NCBI RefSeq assembly: GCF_006345805.1 | Contig: NC_042999.1 | Span: 114,576,001-114,640,000 of the forward strand | Direction: 5' to 3' | Source of the DNA: Octopus sinensis | Taxonomy: Eukaryota | DNA: 64,000 nucleotides | Part shown: one piece after another, positions 26,626 to 39,285 of the stretch | Layout: every line of letters starts with the position of its first letter | Numbering within the stretch: the first letter of the stretch is position 1 | Program-made: the position numbers and the translations under genes | The notes under the pieces: generated by a model | What the model was told of the DNA's origin: nothing | The model's input: only the letters and a program-made list of their open reading frames with translations | The model's database searches: none

Positions 26626-27559
26626 TGTATGTATGTATATATGTATGTATGTATCTGTGTATGAATGTATGTATATATGTAGGTATGTATATGTATGTGT
26701 GCGTGTATTGATATGTATATACATATATATATATGCGTGCGTGAGCGTGCGTGAGCGTGCGCGCGCGCGTGTTTACATGTCTATATAAATATATAGATCA
26801 GATCAAATATGTTTGGGATATATTTGATCTGTATTATACTAGTATAATGAATTTTTCTTCCAAGTCTGTTTAAATAAGTCAGAGAATGAGGGAGAGAGAG
26901 AGAGAAAGAACGCAGCAAACTGATTCGTTTTCTTCCAAATTCAACTATCTTCATAATTTGTGAAACATTCCAGGGAGTTTCCATTTGAGGTGCACATACA
27001 TGCAATCATATGTGTATACGATATACACATGCACATTAACTGTTGTACTCCTAGATACACTATGTCTGAATAAAAGGTGAGATAGTCGCGGCTGGAACAC
27101 AATTTTTATGGTGCTGTATAATTAAGGCTCAGTTGTGCTTACACACCAAGAACAAAAATCCTAATACCTGATCAACTTCCTTCCCTTTTCCCTTGTTTTC
27201 GTCAACATCCTTTGCACCCATCCAACACACTATTCAAATCGTCTAGAAAAAAAGGTCTCTGCTTGGAACGCCAGAATTAATACACACACACACATATACA
27301 CAGACTACATACGAACTAATTAAATTTCAGGAAGTTTATTAACTATATTGCTGTTTTTTTTTTATTGAAACAAATCATCATTCGTCGGTGCTTTTCTTTC
27401 GCGAGAACAAATGATTCGTTAGATTTTAGTGATGAATTCAGATTCTCTTGTGTTTCTCTTATTAATTATTACTTTAAAAATTGATTGAAACTGTAATTCA
27501 CAGCGATATTCTGTAGTAAAGCTGAAAAATGAAAAATCGTAACAGTTTCATAAAGACAC

Positions 27560-27783
27560 ATTACCCACAAGGGGCTAAACACAGAGGGGACAAACAAGGA
27601 CAGACAAAGGGATTAAGTCGATTACATCGACCCCAGTGCGTAACTGGTACTTAATTTATCGACCTCGAAAGGATGAAAGGCAAAGAAAACCTCGGCAGAA
27701 TTTGAACTCGGAACGTAACGACAGACGAAATACGGCTACGTATTTCGCCCGGCGTGCTAACGTTTCTGCCAGCTCGCCGCCTT
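27560..27783 (-). mobile_element. SINE family A, young full copy
   Basis: Near-consensus AAGGCGGCGAGCTGGCAGAAACGTTAGCACG...GTTTAGCCCCTTGTGGG on the minus strand. Confidence 0.92.
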
Positions 27784-28918
27784 TCAGACCAGCAATATAA
27801 TTGAGCGTTGATCGATTACAATGCTGAAATTCCTGATACCTAATAATTATGTAGAAAGGACGATAAAGAAGAAAGAGTGTTAGAAAAGCTATGCAACATA
27901 TCTTAAACTACTATCTTTCTAACATGGCAAATTGGAACTCCATCATTCCCATTCTCAGTCTCTTAAAATAAATTTTAAAAAAATTATCAGTTCTTCGAAA
28001 GCCTAGAATCATTTTTCTCTGTGAGCACAGTTTCTGGTATATAAATCCGTTCTAGTTCTTCTTATTTTATATCAGGATGGCGCTTAAGTTTAGGAAAGCA
28101 AAAGAAAAGCAAAGTTGTATTTAATATCAACAAAATATTTCTTAAAGTTTCTCATGAAATAATAACACATAGACTGAATTTTGCTCAGTAGTAGTGATTA
28201 ATAAATCTGCCTGTATCCATAGCCCCTCACCATACCCCATCTAATCAATTTTGATGCTCCTCCGTCATCTGTGAATTTATTTTTGGTCTTCCTTAACAAC
28301 ATTCTGCTTTTTACTATTACAATAGAATCGCTAGATCGTCGGGTTTCTTTGCCTTATGGAATTTGTTATGGATCTCTACATTCTGAGATCAGATCCCTCT
28401 AAGATCAAATTTGACTTTAACCCTTCTGAGGTCGATAAATAAAGTCCATGCACAGAGCAATGGTTTGGTAGAAGTATTAGAACATCGGTCGAGATGTCCT
28501 GCTTTACTAGAGAGTCCCGCAAATAATTAGGTTACCATGAAACACCGGCATCGAGGCCAGTGTAAAAAAATATGACTGCCCAAGAAATTCCAATGAACTT
28601 ACAAAAACTAATGTATAGCGGATTCATAAGAGCCTTAAGTAGTGGTGGGAGTTAGGGGGTAGGCAAGATTTTTAATCACGATTTACTTCGTCTCAAACCT
28701 CTGGTTCCTTTTTATTTCTTGATTTAAATATTAGCAGCTTTCAACAATATATTTGCACTTCCGTATTAGAGATGTTTACATAATTCATGAAAAGTTTGAA
28801 AGACAATGTTTATATCGGCGAGATTTGAACTTACGACGCTGAAAGATTAGGATAGATTTTGTAAGATATTCATTTCGATGCAGTCTCGTTTCTGGCACAT
28901 CACCGCCATTGATCTAAA

Positions 28919-28997
<79 letters not shown>

Positions 28998-29004
28998 TGA
29001 TGAT

Positions 29005-29080
29005 AAATCACAGCACATACCTAAGGCACACAGAGCTGCGCTCGGTAGTGAAGTGAAAGCACGCTATAAAAATAAAACTA

Positions 29081-29084
<4 letters not shown>
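29005..29084 (+). mobile_element. R4/Dong-type 3'UTR fragment
   Basis: Matches the end of 29630-29848; flanked by (TAA)n. Confidence 0.85.
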
Positions 29085-29166
<82 letters not shown>

Positions 29167-29547
29167 GACAAGATTAGTAAATATAAAGACTTGCTAATAG
29201 AAATTGAAAAAATGTGGCATCTCAAGGCGACTACAGTACCAGTGATTGTAGGATCTCTAGGAATGATAAAAAAAGGTACTGAAACCTATTTGAAAATGAT
29301 TCCAGGCTTACCATCCCTACAGGAAGTTGAAATAATCGTGTTAACTGGAACGGCTCATGTACTGAGAAGAGCATTATCGCTGTGAAAACAACATCCATTC
29401 ATGAATTTATTTATTCATTAATTTTTTAAATACATATTTTACATGTGAATTTGCGTGTGTAATCTGGGAATGCATACCATGAGCTTCTCTGCCCTAGGTG
29501 TACGAAAAACACTCGGCGAGAAACGGAAGAAAATTTGAAGAAAGAAG

Positions 29548-29548
<1 letters not shown>
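29167..29548 (+). mobile_element. R4/Dong-type LINE 3' end, second subfamily
   Basis: DKISKYKDLLIEIEKMWHLKATTVPVIVGSLG...GTAHVLRRALSL* (REL endonuclease end) plus a distinct 3'UTR, between (TAA)n arrays. Confidence 0.88.
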
Positions 29549-29628
<80 letters not shown>

Positions 29629-29629
29629 T

Positions 29630-29844
29630 AAAAAAATATTCAGACAAATACATAACAAAAACACCAGGACTTACAAACACATATAACATACAGAAAATTG
29701 CACTACTAGGCACTGCACACATCCTACGCAGAACACTTTCCATACAATAACCATCAGAGCATCACAACAAATCACAGCACATACCCAAGGCACACAGAGC
29801 TGCGCTCGGTAGTGAAGTGAAAGCACGCTATAAAAATAAAACTA

Positions 29845-29848
<4 letters not shown>
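29630..29848 (+). mobile_element. R4/Dong-type LINE 3' end, same subfamily as 10584-10800
   Basis: KKYSDKYITKTPGLTNTYNIQKIALLGTAHILRRTLSIQ* plus 3'UTR, in (TAA)n. Confidence 0.88.
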
Positions 29849-29908
<60 letters not shown>

Positions 29909-29909
<1 letters not shown>

Positions 29910-30337
29910 AATACCACAGATTTGCTTGTCAGTTGTTTGACCTTAACCAGTTAACCATGTCCCTTAGTGGCTGACGATATGTGCATCTCTGATCACGAGC
30001 AGAAGTAGTGGGGGAGCATCATAGCCATGTGTTGAGAGGGATTCTTTGGGGTTTGAATAATTCACCTCTGGAAACATGGGTGGTTCTTTCAACATTCTTA
30101 AACAACCCTTTCAACATCCTTAAACAACCTTTTGAGCGGGATAGGCTACTCAACCTGAAGAAAATTCTAACTGGGCCCCACCTGTTTATCTTGATATGAG
30201 ATCACCATGTCGCGTACATATGGTTGTGATGCATGTGCCTGGTGTACCTTTATCAGACGGGTAGTCATGATGGGTATATTGGGCTTCGTATATTTTACCC
30301 CAGTGTCACTTTGATGGCATGCACTGCTCTCTCACTC
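29909..30337 (-). mobile_element. Approximately 430-bp non-coding repeat inserted in (TAA)n
   Basis: Bounded by TAA arrays. Its 5' end (GAGTGAGAGAGCAGTGCATGCCATCAAAGTG) recurs at 63888, also directly after a TAA-type tract. Confidence 0.7.
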
Positions 30338-31047
30338 AATAATAATAATTATAATAATAATGTATTCCGACTACTGTGGTGATGATGATGGCGATGGGGT
30401 GGGAGTGAGTTTTCTGTCAACGCTTATCAGTAACTCTTGCAGAAGTATAGGAACCCAGACTTTGTAATCAAACAATCTATTCATTGAGAAGCAGGCTAAA
30501 TAAATTATTGATAGCCTAAAATCGACGTCATTGACTGGAAATCAGCTAGTTGAATGCGATACCTAGTTATAGAGTTCTCACTTCGCCAAATACTCTTAGA
30601 GAAGACGTACATGGCACATGTTCTGTGCCACTATTTTAATAAATTTCAACACATGACATAGATACCTCTGCGCAGAACAAGGAATGTCTGCTATACACTT
30701 CTGATTACTGGTGATTTCGTATCACTTGCAACGTTAACAACTTGAGGAAAAGAATGGACGTTACATCTTCGGTTTTCACTTCCTCTAAAATCAGAGAAAC
30801 TTTTGTGTTTAATGAAAAAGAAAATTTTAAAATTCAACACTTTTACAGCTACTATGATATGAATATTTGATTCTGAATCTTAATTTGATAATGATTTCTT
30901 AATTAAGAAAGAACTTCTAATTAATTTAGCGTTAAGTGTCTTAATCCGGATCATATAATTATATTTGAAGAGGAATTCGAACGCTTAACTTTCAAGACAA
31001 GAGTTTGAATTATGGCATTGCGTGTGTGCGTGTGTGTGTGCATGCAT

Positions 31048-31153
<106 letters not shown>

Positions 31154-31285
31154 GTATGTATGCGTGTATGTATGTATTATGTATATGTAGATATATTATG
31201 CATACACAAAAATATATATTTATGCATATATTTGTATTATTTGTATATGCGTGTATATACATATTGTATAAATTTATGTGTGCGC

Positions 31286-31394
<109 letters not shown>

Positions 31395-32029
31395 ATGTAT
31401 ATATATATGCATATACATATATATTTATACGATTAGCCTCAACAACGACTCATCAAAAGTTAAATAAAACATCATAACATGGCGGCTACAACCATATGAA
31501 AATGAAATGGTCCTGTTTACGAATTCTATAACTTAATTTGATAAAAACATAATGATAATGATAACAATGAAAAATAAAAATAAAAACAAAAACAATACAA
31601 AATAAAACCAAAAAACGTAAATGGAAGGTAAACAAACGAAGACAAAACATCTAGCTATTTACTTTAATATACTCTTTCCTTTTTCTGCTTTTTTTTTAAT
31701 ATGCCAATCATTTCAATTTAAGCGTGTTGTGCTATCGATATTGTTCTCCTCGTTAGCTATTTTTTCGTCCGTTTTATTCAAAACGTTTCTCACGCCTTGT
31801 CAAAATATTGGTATTTTCATCAGCATTCATCGATTCCTAGTCAAACATGATATTGTAGTAAGCAATTTAGGTAAAAATCGCTTAATTGTGTTATCATTCA
31901 TTAAATGAAAATTCTTCATCTAAATGTTCTCCTTCACTTAATTAACTTAAGACTAACCGACGCTATCAATCGACATTTTGTTACTTCTATGTTATTATTT
32001 CCTTTTAATTTTTTCGTTTATATTTTATC

Positions 32030-32122
32030 ATCATTATTATTATCATCGTTGTTGCTGCTGTTTTTGTTGTTGTTGTTGTTGTTGTTGTTGCTATTCTTCT
32101 TCTTCTTCTTCTTCTTCTTCTT

Positions 32123-32153
<31 letters not shown>

Positions 32154-32790
32154 TTATTATTATTATTATTATCATTATTATTATCCTTGTTGTTGTTATT
32201 TCATTGTTATTAAAAATATTTTTATTAGCTTTTGTCTTCCACTTTCTATTCTAACATATTGTTGTTTCCTGGCTGCTACAGTTGTTGCTTCTGCTGCTGC
32301 TGCTGCTACTGCTGTTTTACCTGCTGTTGTTTTTCACTGCCGTTTTTGTTGTTGTTGTTGTTGCCGCTATATTGCATTATTCTTCAGTTCATTTCATTCT
32401 CTAAACAATCATCAGTGTGACCATCTTCCATATTATTATCATCACCATCATCTGTATCATAATATCATCATCATCATCATCATCATCACCATTCCCGTCA
32501 TCATTATCGTCATACAGTCATCATCATCATCATCATCATCATCATGACCACCCCCGTCAGCATTATCGTCATTGTCATCATCATCATCATCATCATCATC
32601 GCCATCGTCATTTACATCCTCTGCAACAATCATCATCACCCTCGTTGTCATCATCATCATTCTTATCATAAAAACCACCACGGCTGCCATCAGTACCACA
32701 ACTACCACCTCCACTACCACCATCACCACAATCACCACCACCACCACCACAATCACCACCACCACCACCACCACCACCACCACCTATAAT
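32030..32790. repeat. Compound trinucleotide tract (TGT, TCT, TAT, GCT, CAT, CAC)
   Basis: Direct reading; homopolymer ORFs in all frames. Confidence 0.95.
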
Positions 32791-33559
32791 TGAATGAACC
32801 CCAGTATATTAAACGTATTTATATCATTTATCCAAGTGGAATAAAAAGGCAAAAATCAACTTCGGCCGAACTTTAATGATGCTGAGAGCAGGACTAAGAA
32901 ATTAAATATTCTAAGAATTAAATATTCTAAGACATTTAGTAGAATTCCACCATTGCTTCACTTCCTACCTTTTGCATATTAGCAATAATAATTACCATGC
33001 ATTCCAGCATAAAAATACAATTTTAAACCTAATCTTCGCTTGACTAGAGTTGAACGTTGCCTCTATCTTCTACTGATAGCTAAAGACGACAATTAAACAC
33101 TGAGAAAATAGTTCATTTCGTTGCTGTTATGATAAACTGTCGTACCGAATTTGGACAAATGCGTTTGTTTTTTTCAATATTGATTTTTGCTTGAACTAGC
33201 CGGTTCTTTTGGTCAAACTATCGTATCTCCAGCTGCTTAAGATGTCAAGATATCAAAAATTGTCAAAGTGTAGTATGACGGTTTTGTAATGGAATGGTGA
33301 AAACTATTTTTTCGTTTTCTGAAAAAGCAACGTTTTGAACTTATGACACGTTTGCATAATAGCAACGATTTTGATTTCGAAATTTGCATGCAAACTGCTT
33401 ACTAAGGTTCAAATCCTGTTGTGGTCTCTTGTGCCTTTCATCCTTTTGGGGTCGATAAAATGACCACCAGTTGAGCTGTGGAGTCGATGTAATCGACTGC
33501 CCTACTCTCCCAAATTTATGGTCCTGTGCCTATAGTAGAAAGAATGATAACGCATTCCT

Positions 33560-33776
<217 letters not shown>

Positions 33777-34142
33777 AAGCAATCAGAAACTCATAGAACC
33801 AGGGCACTATCAGTTCGCATAAACACGAAATGTATGGAGTGGCAAAATGAAAATAAGAATACACAAGGAAAACACGATAACAGTTATTATCTTTATTATT
33901 TTACCACCGACCTTGCATGTCGGGATCGATAAAATATGTTCTAGTTGAGCATAGGAGTCTACAAATTCCAGAATTTCAAGCCTTGTGCTTATTGTAGAAA
34001 GCATTATTTATTGTTATCATTATATCACCGAGGATGACTTCATTTTTTATCCTTTCGTGGTTGATAACATTAAAGTCAAAGTTTCCCCCAAATTTCAGGC
34101 TTTGGGCCTATTGTAGAAAATATTGTTATTATTATCATTATT

Positions 34143-34450
34143 AAGGCGGTGAGCTGGCAGAATCGTTAACGCCCGGGCAAAATGCTTAGCGGCATTTCTG
34201 CGGCGCTTTACGTTCTGAATTCGACTTTGCCTTTCATCTTTCCGAGTCGAAAAAAAAAGTACTACTCAAGTAACGGGAGTCGATGCGTGGAAGCGCGTGG
34301 CTTAGTGGTAAGGGTATTGGACTCATGATTGTAAGATTGTAGTTTCAATTCCTGGAGCGGGCGACGTGTTGTGTTCTTAGAGTAAAACACTTCATTTCAC
34401 GTTGTACCAGTCCACTCAGCTGTGAATAAGAAATCCTAGGACGGACTTGT
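34143..34450 (+). mobile_element. SINE A followed directly by a SINE C-type head
   Basis: AAGGCGGTGAGCTGGCAGAATCG..., then GAAGCGCGTGGCTTAGTGGTAAGGG..TTCACGTTGTACCAGTCCACTCAGCTG. Confidence 0.8.
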
Positions 34451-35393
34451 GTCCAGTTATGGGTTAATGTTGTGATAGCGATCACTTATACCCTATGGGA
34501 ACCGGGTATCCAGTCCTATGAGACCTAGAGTTCCAGACCGTAATGTCCAGGGGATTTGCTTTGTCAAATGTTCTACTGTTTCGTCTTGTTTAGCCCTCCC
34601 CCACTACGATCAGTCTTGGTTGAATTGACTTATAATCAAACACATTTCAATCATGACCAATCTGTTTTTTTTTTTGGACTATACTAAGGTCTACGTTATC
34701 TAGTGTGTTCTGTTCTTTCTCAATACCATAGGTTATGATTTGAGAAAAATGTGGTTGTTATTTGTAGCAGATCGAGTGACTACGTATATTCTTTCTCGTT
34801 CATTTCTTAGTAATTATTAAGGGGTCCAAAAGCATTCTATCACTGGCTTATGTGTCTTTTTAGGAATATTCTAAAACCTCTTTAACCAGTATGCTTCATT
34901 TGTTTCTCAAGAAAGTAGAAATGAGATTTGAGGGAGACTTTCCCACTATTTCTAGTAAGTCTAGCGACCATATAGAAATTCTTTCGTTATCTGGAATGAT
35001 GAAATAGCAGAAACGATGAAGTGTCGATGTCAACAACTCGCTATGACCATTTAGGTCCTTAGATTGATGAAATAATCTTTCATATTATAAAATGGTAGAT
35101 TGGCTGAACAATAAGAGCGTTCAGTAAGACCTGTCGAAGTCAACTTTGCCTTTTACAATTCCTGGGTCGATCATATAAAGGATCAAGATCCGATCCAAGG
35201 CGGTGGATTGGCGAAATTATTAAATATATGAGCATAATACCTTGCTGTATTTGTTCTGGCTCTTAAATTTCTTAGTTCACCGAGGATGATGCTGGTCGGG
35301 ACTGTATCGGATTTTGTTTTCTTCTCAGACAGCGTCGGTGGCGTGGAAGGAGAAAAATAAACTGCATATATTATTTGCCTTCCAAAGCTGGCG

Positions 35394-36777
35394 CACATTG
35401 TGCTCAGATTGGCTAATTCAGGAAAAGAAATTCATATCTGGGGTTAAAATAATCACCTGATAGTGGTTGGGGACTCGTTTGAACCACAATTTTAAGGGCT
35501 ATCAGCTAGAACCCAAATTATTGTTTGTCTTTGTTTATGGGGGTCTGGGTACAAATAATCAAATCAGGGCATATCGACCAAAATTGCCTCTTTGGTGAAT
35601 TGCGGTTAAAAGTGATTATCTCGTCAGCTTTCAATCAAGAAAAGCATCCATGACATCTTCAGAAGAATGTTCATCATGTCGCATCCAGCAATTGCTTCGA
35701 AACAACCCAGCCCAAGTTGTTCTGTTTGTGGTAAAGTTGATCACACAGCTCGTTCTTCAAAACTTAAGAAGATGTCTGCTTTGGCAGAACAATCGAGAAT
35801 CGAATCACTATATTACTGACTGGTCCATGTTACGCATATTTATTGTTTGACATTGTTGTTTCGATATTTGTTGTGAATAATAAGTGATGATTTGTCACAA
35901 TTTAGTGTAAATGACGGGGGAGGGGTAGTTTTCATTGTATTTTCCCTTTTTGTGGGGAAGGTGGGGTAGACTATGTTAAAGTTCCAATCCAGGGATTTGT
36001 TGGGTATAGTTTCTTTTTGTTATCTCGTGTTTTGGCCCTTCTTCAATTTCGGCGTAAGCAAGGCAAAATCCTCCAAGCCAGAACCTGACATTCCTAATCA
36101 GATTTTTACTCCATAAAATAGGTTAAATACCAAAATAAGTACTCATAAGATCAATTATTCCAAGAAATCTATTAGATTTTGAGTCCATTTTATGTTTCCT
36201 GCTTTATACTTGTTTAATCACGTCGGGGGTCAATAAATACCGATTTTTCCCAATTTTGGTTGGTTATGATGTTTGGTTCCCAAACTGGAATTATACTTTC
36301 TGTGTGGACTTTTAACCCCTTTGAGCTGATTTTTTTCCCACAGTTTACATAAAATGCTGGGGATGTCAAATAGGTTAGCCCTTAATATGTCGAAATTTGT
36401 AAGTATTTAAAAAAAATATGAAGTTTGAGGCGGTTTTACCAAAAATTTGGATATTTTTCCTGCATCCCCTATTTTTTCAAATTTCTCAAATTTATATTGG
36501 ACTATGCACTCTCGGCTGTAGCTTGACTGAAAGACAAATGCTTCTAAATAAGTTCAAACAGAGGTTTAAAATATTTTTTGTGAAAGAAAATATGATCAAT
36601 CATATGATACTCAAAAAAAAAAACCGTAAATTTCGTTAAAAATTGAGCTATAATTTATTTTAAACTCATGTTTTTTTGCTTTTTAATCTCTTGAGTTTAG
36701 AGAAACAGAAAATATGCATTTTAGACATCTGGGGGAAACTTTCAAAAATGATAAATTCCCACTCTGGGCACAATGTG
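35394..36777 (+). mobile_element. Non-autonomous Transib/RAG1-like DNA transposon (1384 bp)
   Basis: TIRs CACATTGTGCTCAGATTGG (from 35394) and CACATTGTGCCCAGAGTGG (reverse complement, ending 36777) are 17/19 identical. Flanks TGGCG and CAGCG are both one CpG deamination from CGGCG (5-bp TSD). Internal Transib/RAG1-like C-terminal coding remnant. Confidence 0.8.
35582..35819 (+). pseudogene. Transib/RAG1L-like transposase C-terminal remnant
   Basis: NCLFGELRLK [frameshift] LSRQLSIKKSIHDIFRRMFIMSHPAIASKQPSPSCSVCGKVDHTARSSKLKKMSALAEQSRIESLYY*. Resembles RAG1 NKLFRRFRKMNARQ, the Transib SRK.S.....ED(I/V)F.RLL.SSDP.ISS end, and the RAG1L Cx2Cx3GHx4C tail (compared from memory, not searched). Confidence 0.7.
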
Positions 36778-37215
36778 CAGCGAGCTGTCAGAATCGTTAG
36801 CGCGCTGGACAAGATGCTTAACGGCAGTTCGTTCATCTTTACGTTCTTAGTTTAAATTCCGTCGAGGCCGACTTTGCGCTTCATACTTTCGGAGTCGATA
36901 AATTCAGTATCAGTCAAGCGCTAGATTCGATATAATCGACTAGCCAACTCCTAAATTTCAAGCCTTGTACCTATAACAGAAAGGATTATTAACTTTCCAA
37001 AGGTGGCGAGCTGATAGAATCGTTAGCACGCCAGACAAAATGCTCATTGGTATTTCAATTTCTGAGCTCAAATTATGCTAAGGTCGACTTTGCTTTACAT
37101 CCTTTCGGGGTCGATAAAATAAGTACCAGTTGAGTAATTGGGGGGGGGGGGGCAATGTAATCGACTCCCCCACCACCACCACCACCACTCCAATTCAGAA
37201 CTTGTGTCTATAATA
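36778..37215 (+). mobile_element. Two tandem SINE family A copies; the first is interrupted at its head by the Transib-like element
   Basis: 36778 CAGCGAGCTGTCAGAATCGTTAGC continues CCAAAGCTGGCG (35382-35393). The second copy starts CCAAAGGTGGCGAGCTG near 37000. Confidence 0.85.
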
Positions 37216-37364
37216 GAAACAAATTTTAGTCTATGTAAAAGATATCAACCTTGTCCCGACTTGCAACTTGAAGAGGACTCCCTGTGTAAATTAGAAAGTT
37301 AACACTGACTGGCAAAGACCTTACGAGCGAAGAGCCTATTTGTTCCTTTAATATTGGAGTCAAG

Positions 37365-37570
37365 TTTTGGCACAAGGCTAGTCATTTCGAGGGAAGGGAT
37401 AATTTGATTAAATTGACCCCAATGCTCAACTGGTACTTATTTTATCGACCCCGAAAAAGATGAAAGGCAAAGTCAACCCCGGCAGCATTTGAACCCAGAA
37501 CGTAAAGTCGGATGAAATGCCGTGAAGCATTTTGCCTGGCGTGCTAACGATTTTGCTAGCTTGCCACTTA
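37365..37570 (-). mobile_element. SINE family A copy
   Basis: Family motifs in reverse complement. Confidence 0.8.
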
Positions 37571-38739
37571 ATTTGTTCCAGTTTTAGTATTATCTAGGGT
37601 ATTAAAGAGATAGAAGTAGAATTACTTCAATATTTAGTATAATCTAGGGCAATTATGAGATAGAAATGAAATTTCTTTAATATTTAGCGTTATATAGGAC
37701 TGTAGAGAAGTAGAAAGAATAGTCCTGTACAGTATTTAACCTTCTTTACCTTATGTACACAAATGTCATGGAGGGGAATTTTTTTCTCTTTTTTTTTGCC
37801 TGTTGTGTCCATGGTTCTATAAAAGGTGTCAGCAATGTGCTGCCGTCGATTTAATCGATACCATTCATTTCCTTACAAATTTGTGGTATTGTGCCAAAAG
37901 TTAGAAATCAATATTTAATATTACTACGAGGAACGGAGGGGAGAGAGTAGGGTGATAATCAAAGAATTGAAGATTGATTGGTTTCTGTTTTATTGTATTT
38001 ATATATTTGTTTATCATATTAGTCTTTATCAATGTTGTTGTTGCTGCTTAGCCTCAGAACTCTATTATTTAACGTGTCCTTTATTTTATTAAGGCGGTGG
38101 AGGGATTGATTGCAGGGATGTTCCATTAGGTCTAACAACCATTTACGAGTGCTTCCATTTTCTCTTATATTCATTACTGTTGCTTTGTCCCGCACCAGCC
38201 AACTCTGATCGAACAGACCGAGCCATGATCAAAACTATTTCCAACCGTGGCCATCTTAACTTTTCTAGGAATATTAAGGACTACATTATCTAATGTGCCA
38301 TACATCAGATAATGTAGTTTTTAAGATCGCAAGCTGCGATTTTGGAGGTATTTTTTGTATATATACGTTAATGTTAGCGATATGAATATAGGTAAAAACA
38401 ATGTTAGAACGTTTGTCATGTAAACGGATGTGGGCTTCAGTTCTGTCAGCAGCCCTCGATCGTTTTCTACCCAAAAGTGTCTTCTTAACCCAATATTTAC
38501 ATGCTTTAATTTAGAGGCATATCGTCCATCTTTTCATCCGCCAAGGGCGACTTCGCCAGTCATCATTTTCGTAATCGATAAAATAAGTAACAGTTGAACA
38601 CTGGGGTCAATAGTATCGATTAGATCCTCCCACTAAATTTCAGGCCCTGTGCCTATAATAGAACGGAAAAATTTATGGTTTTATGTGTGCTTGGCGATCC
38701 ACTATTACAAAAAACAATTTTTAATATTATGCTGTTGCT

Positions 38740-39185
38740 ACGTGGAGGCGCGTGGCTTAGTGGTAAGAGTGTGGGACTCATGATCGTAAGATTGTGGTTT
38801 CGATTCTTGAACTGGGCGACGTGCTGTATTCTTGAGCAAAACACTTCATTTCACGTTGCTACAGTTCGTTCAGCTGGAAGAAATGAGTAATCCTGCGACG
38901 GACCGGCATCCCGTCCAGGTGGAGAATATATGCGCCATGGAAACCTGCTCTGTGAATCTATATGACTCGGGAAGGAACTTTACTTAGGGGAGTGAGCAAA
39001 ATGATTAGTGACATTTCTTTCCGTCATGATGTTTTGAATTCAAATTCCTCCAACATTGACTTTACCTTTCATCCCTTCAGGGTCGATAAAATAAGTACCA
39101 GTTGAATTCTGGGCTCCATGCAATCGACTTATCCCCCACCCCGCCGCCAAAAAAATTGTTAGCCTTGTGCCAAAATTTGAAATCC
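38740..39185 (+). mobile_element. SINE C-type copy followed by a SINE A copy
   Basis: GGAGGCGCGTGGCTTAGTGGTAAGAGTG..GGTTTCGATTC head, then the CCTTTCATCCCTTCAGGGTCGATAAAATAAGTACCAG domain. Confidence 0.8.
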
Positions 39186-39285
39186 TTATTGTGCTGTTGC
39201 TATGATTCGAATGCTTTACACTCTTCGTCGGGAATTTATTGGAAAGAATAACATAACATAGATAGAGAGTTAAACTAGTAATGAC

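Noticed and set aside
28231-28268. 38-nt minus-strand micro-exon candidate (CACAG|...ATG|GTGAG)
   Set aside because: Splice-like motifs of this quality are expected by chance in 64 kb; the peptide DGGASKLIRWGM is uninformative.
35394-35440. RSS nonamer (ACAAAAACC) with 12/23 spacers in the Transib-like TIRs
   Set aside because: Only a vague A-rich stretch (AAAGAAATT) at 23 nt on the left end and nothing on the right; not claimed.
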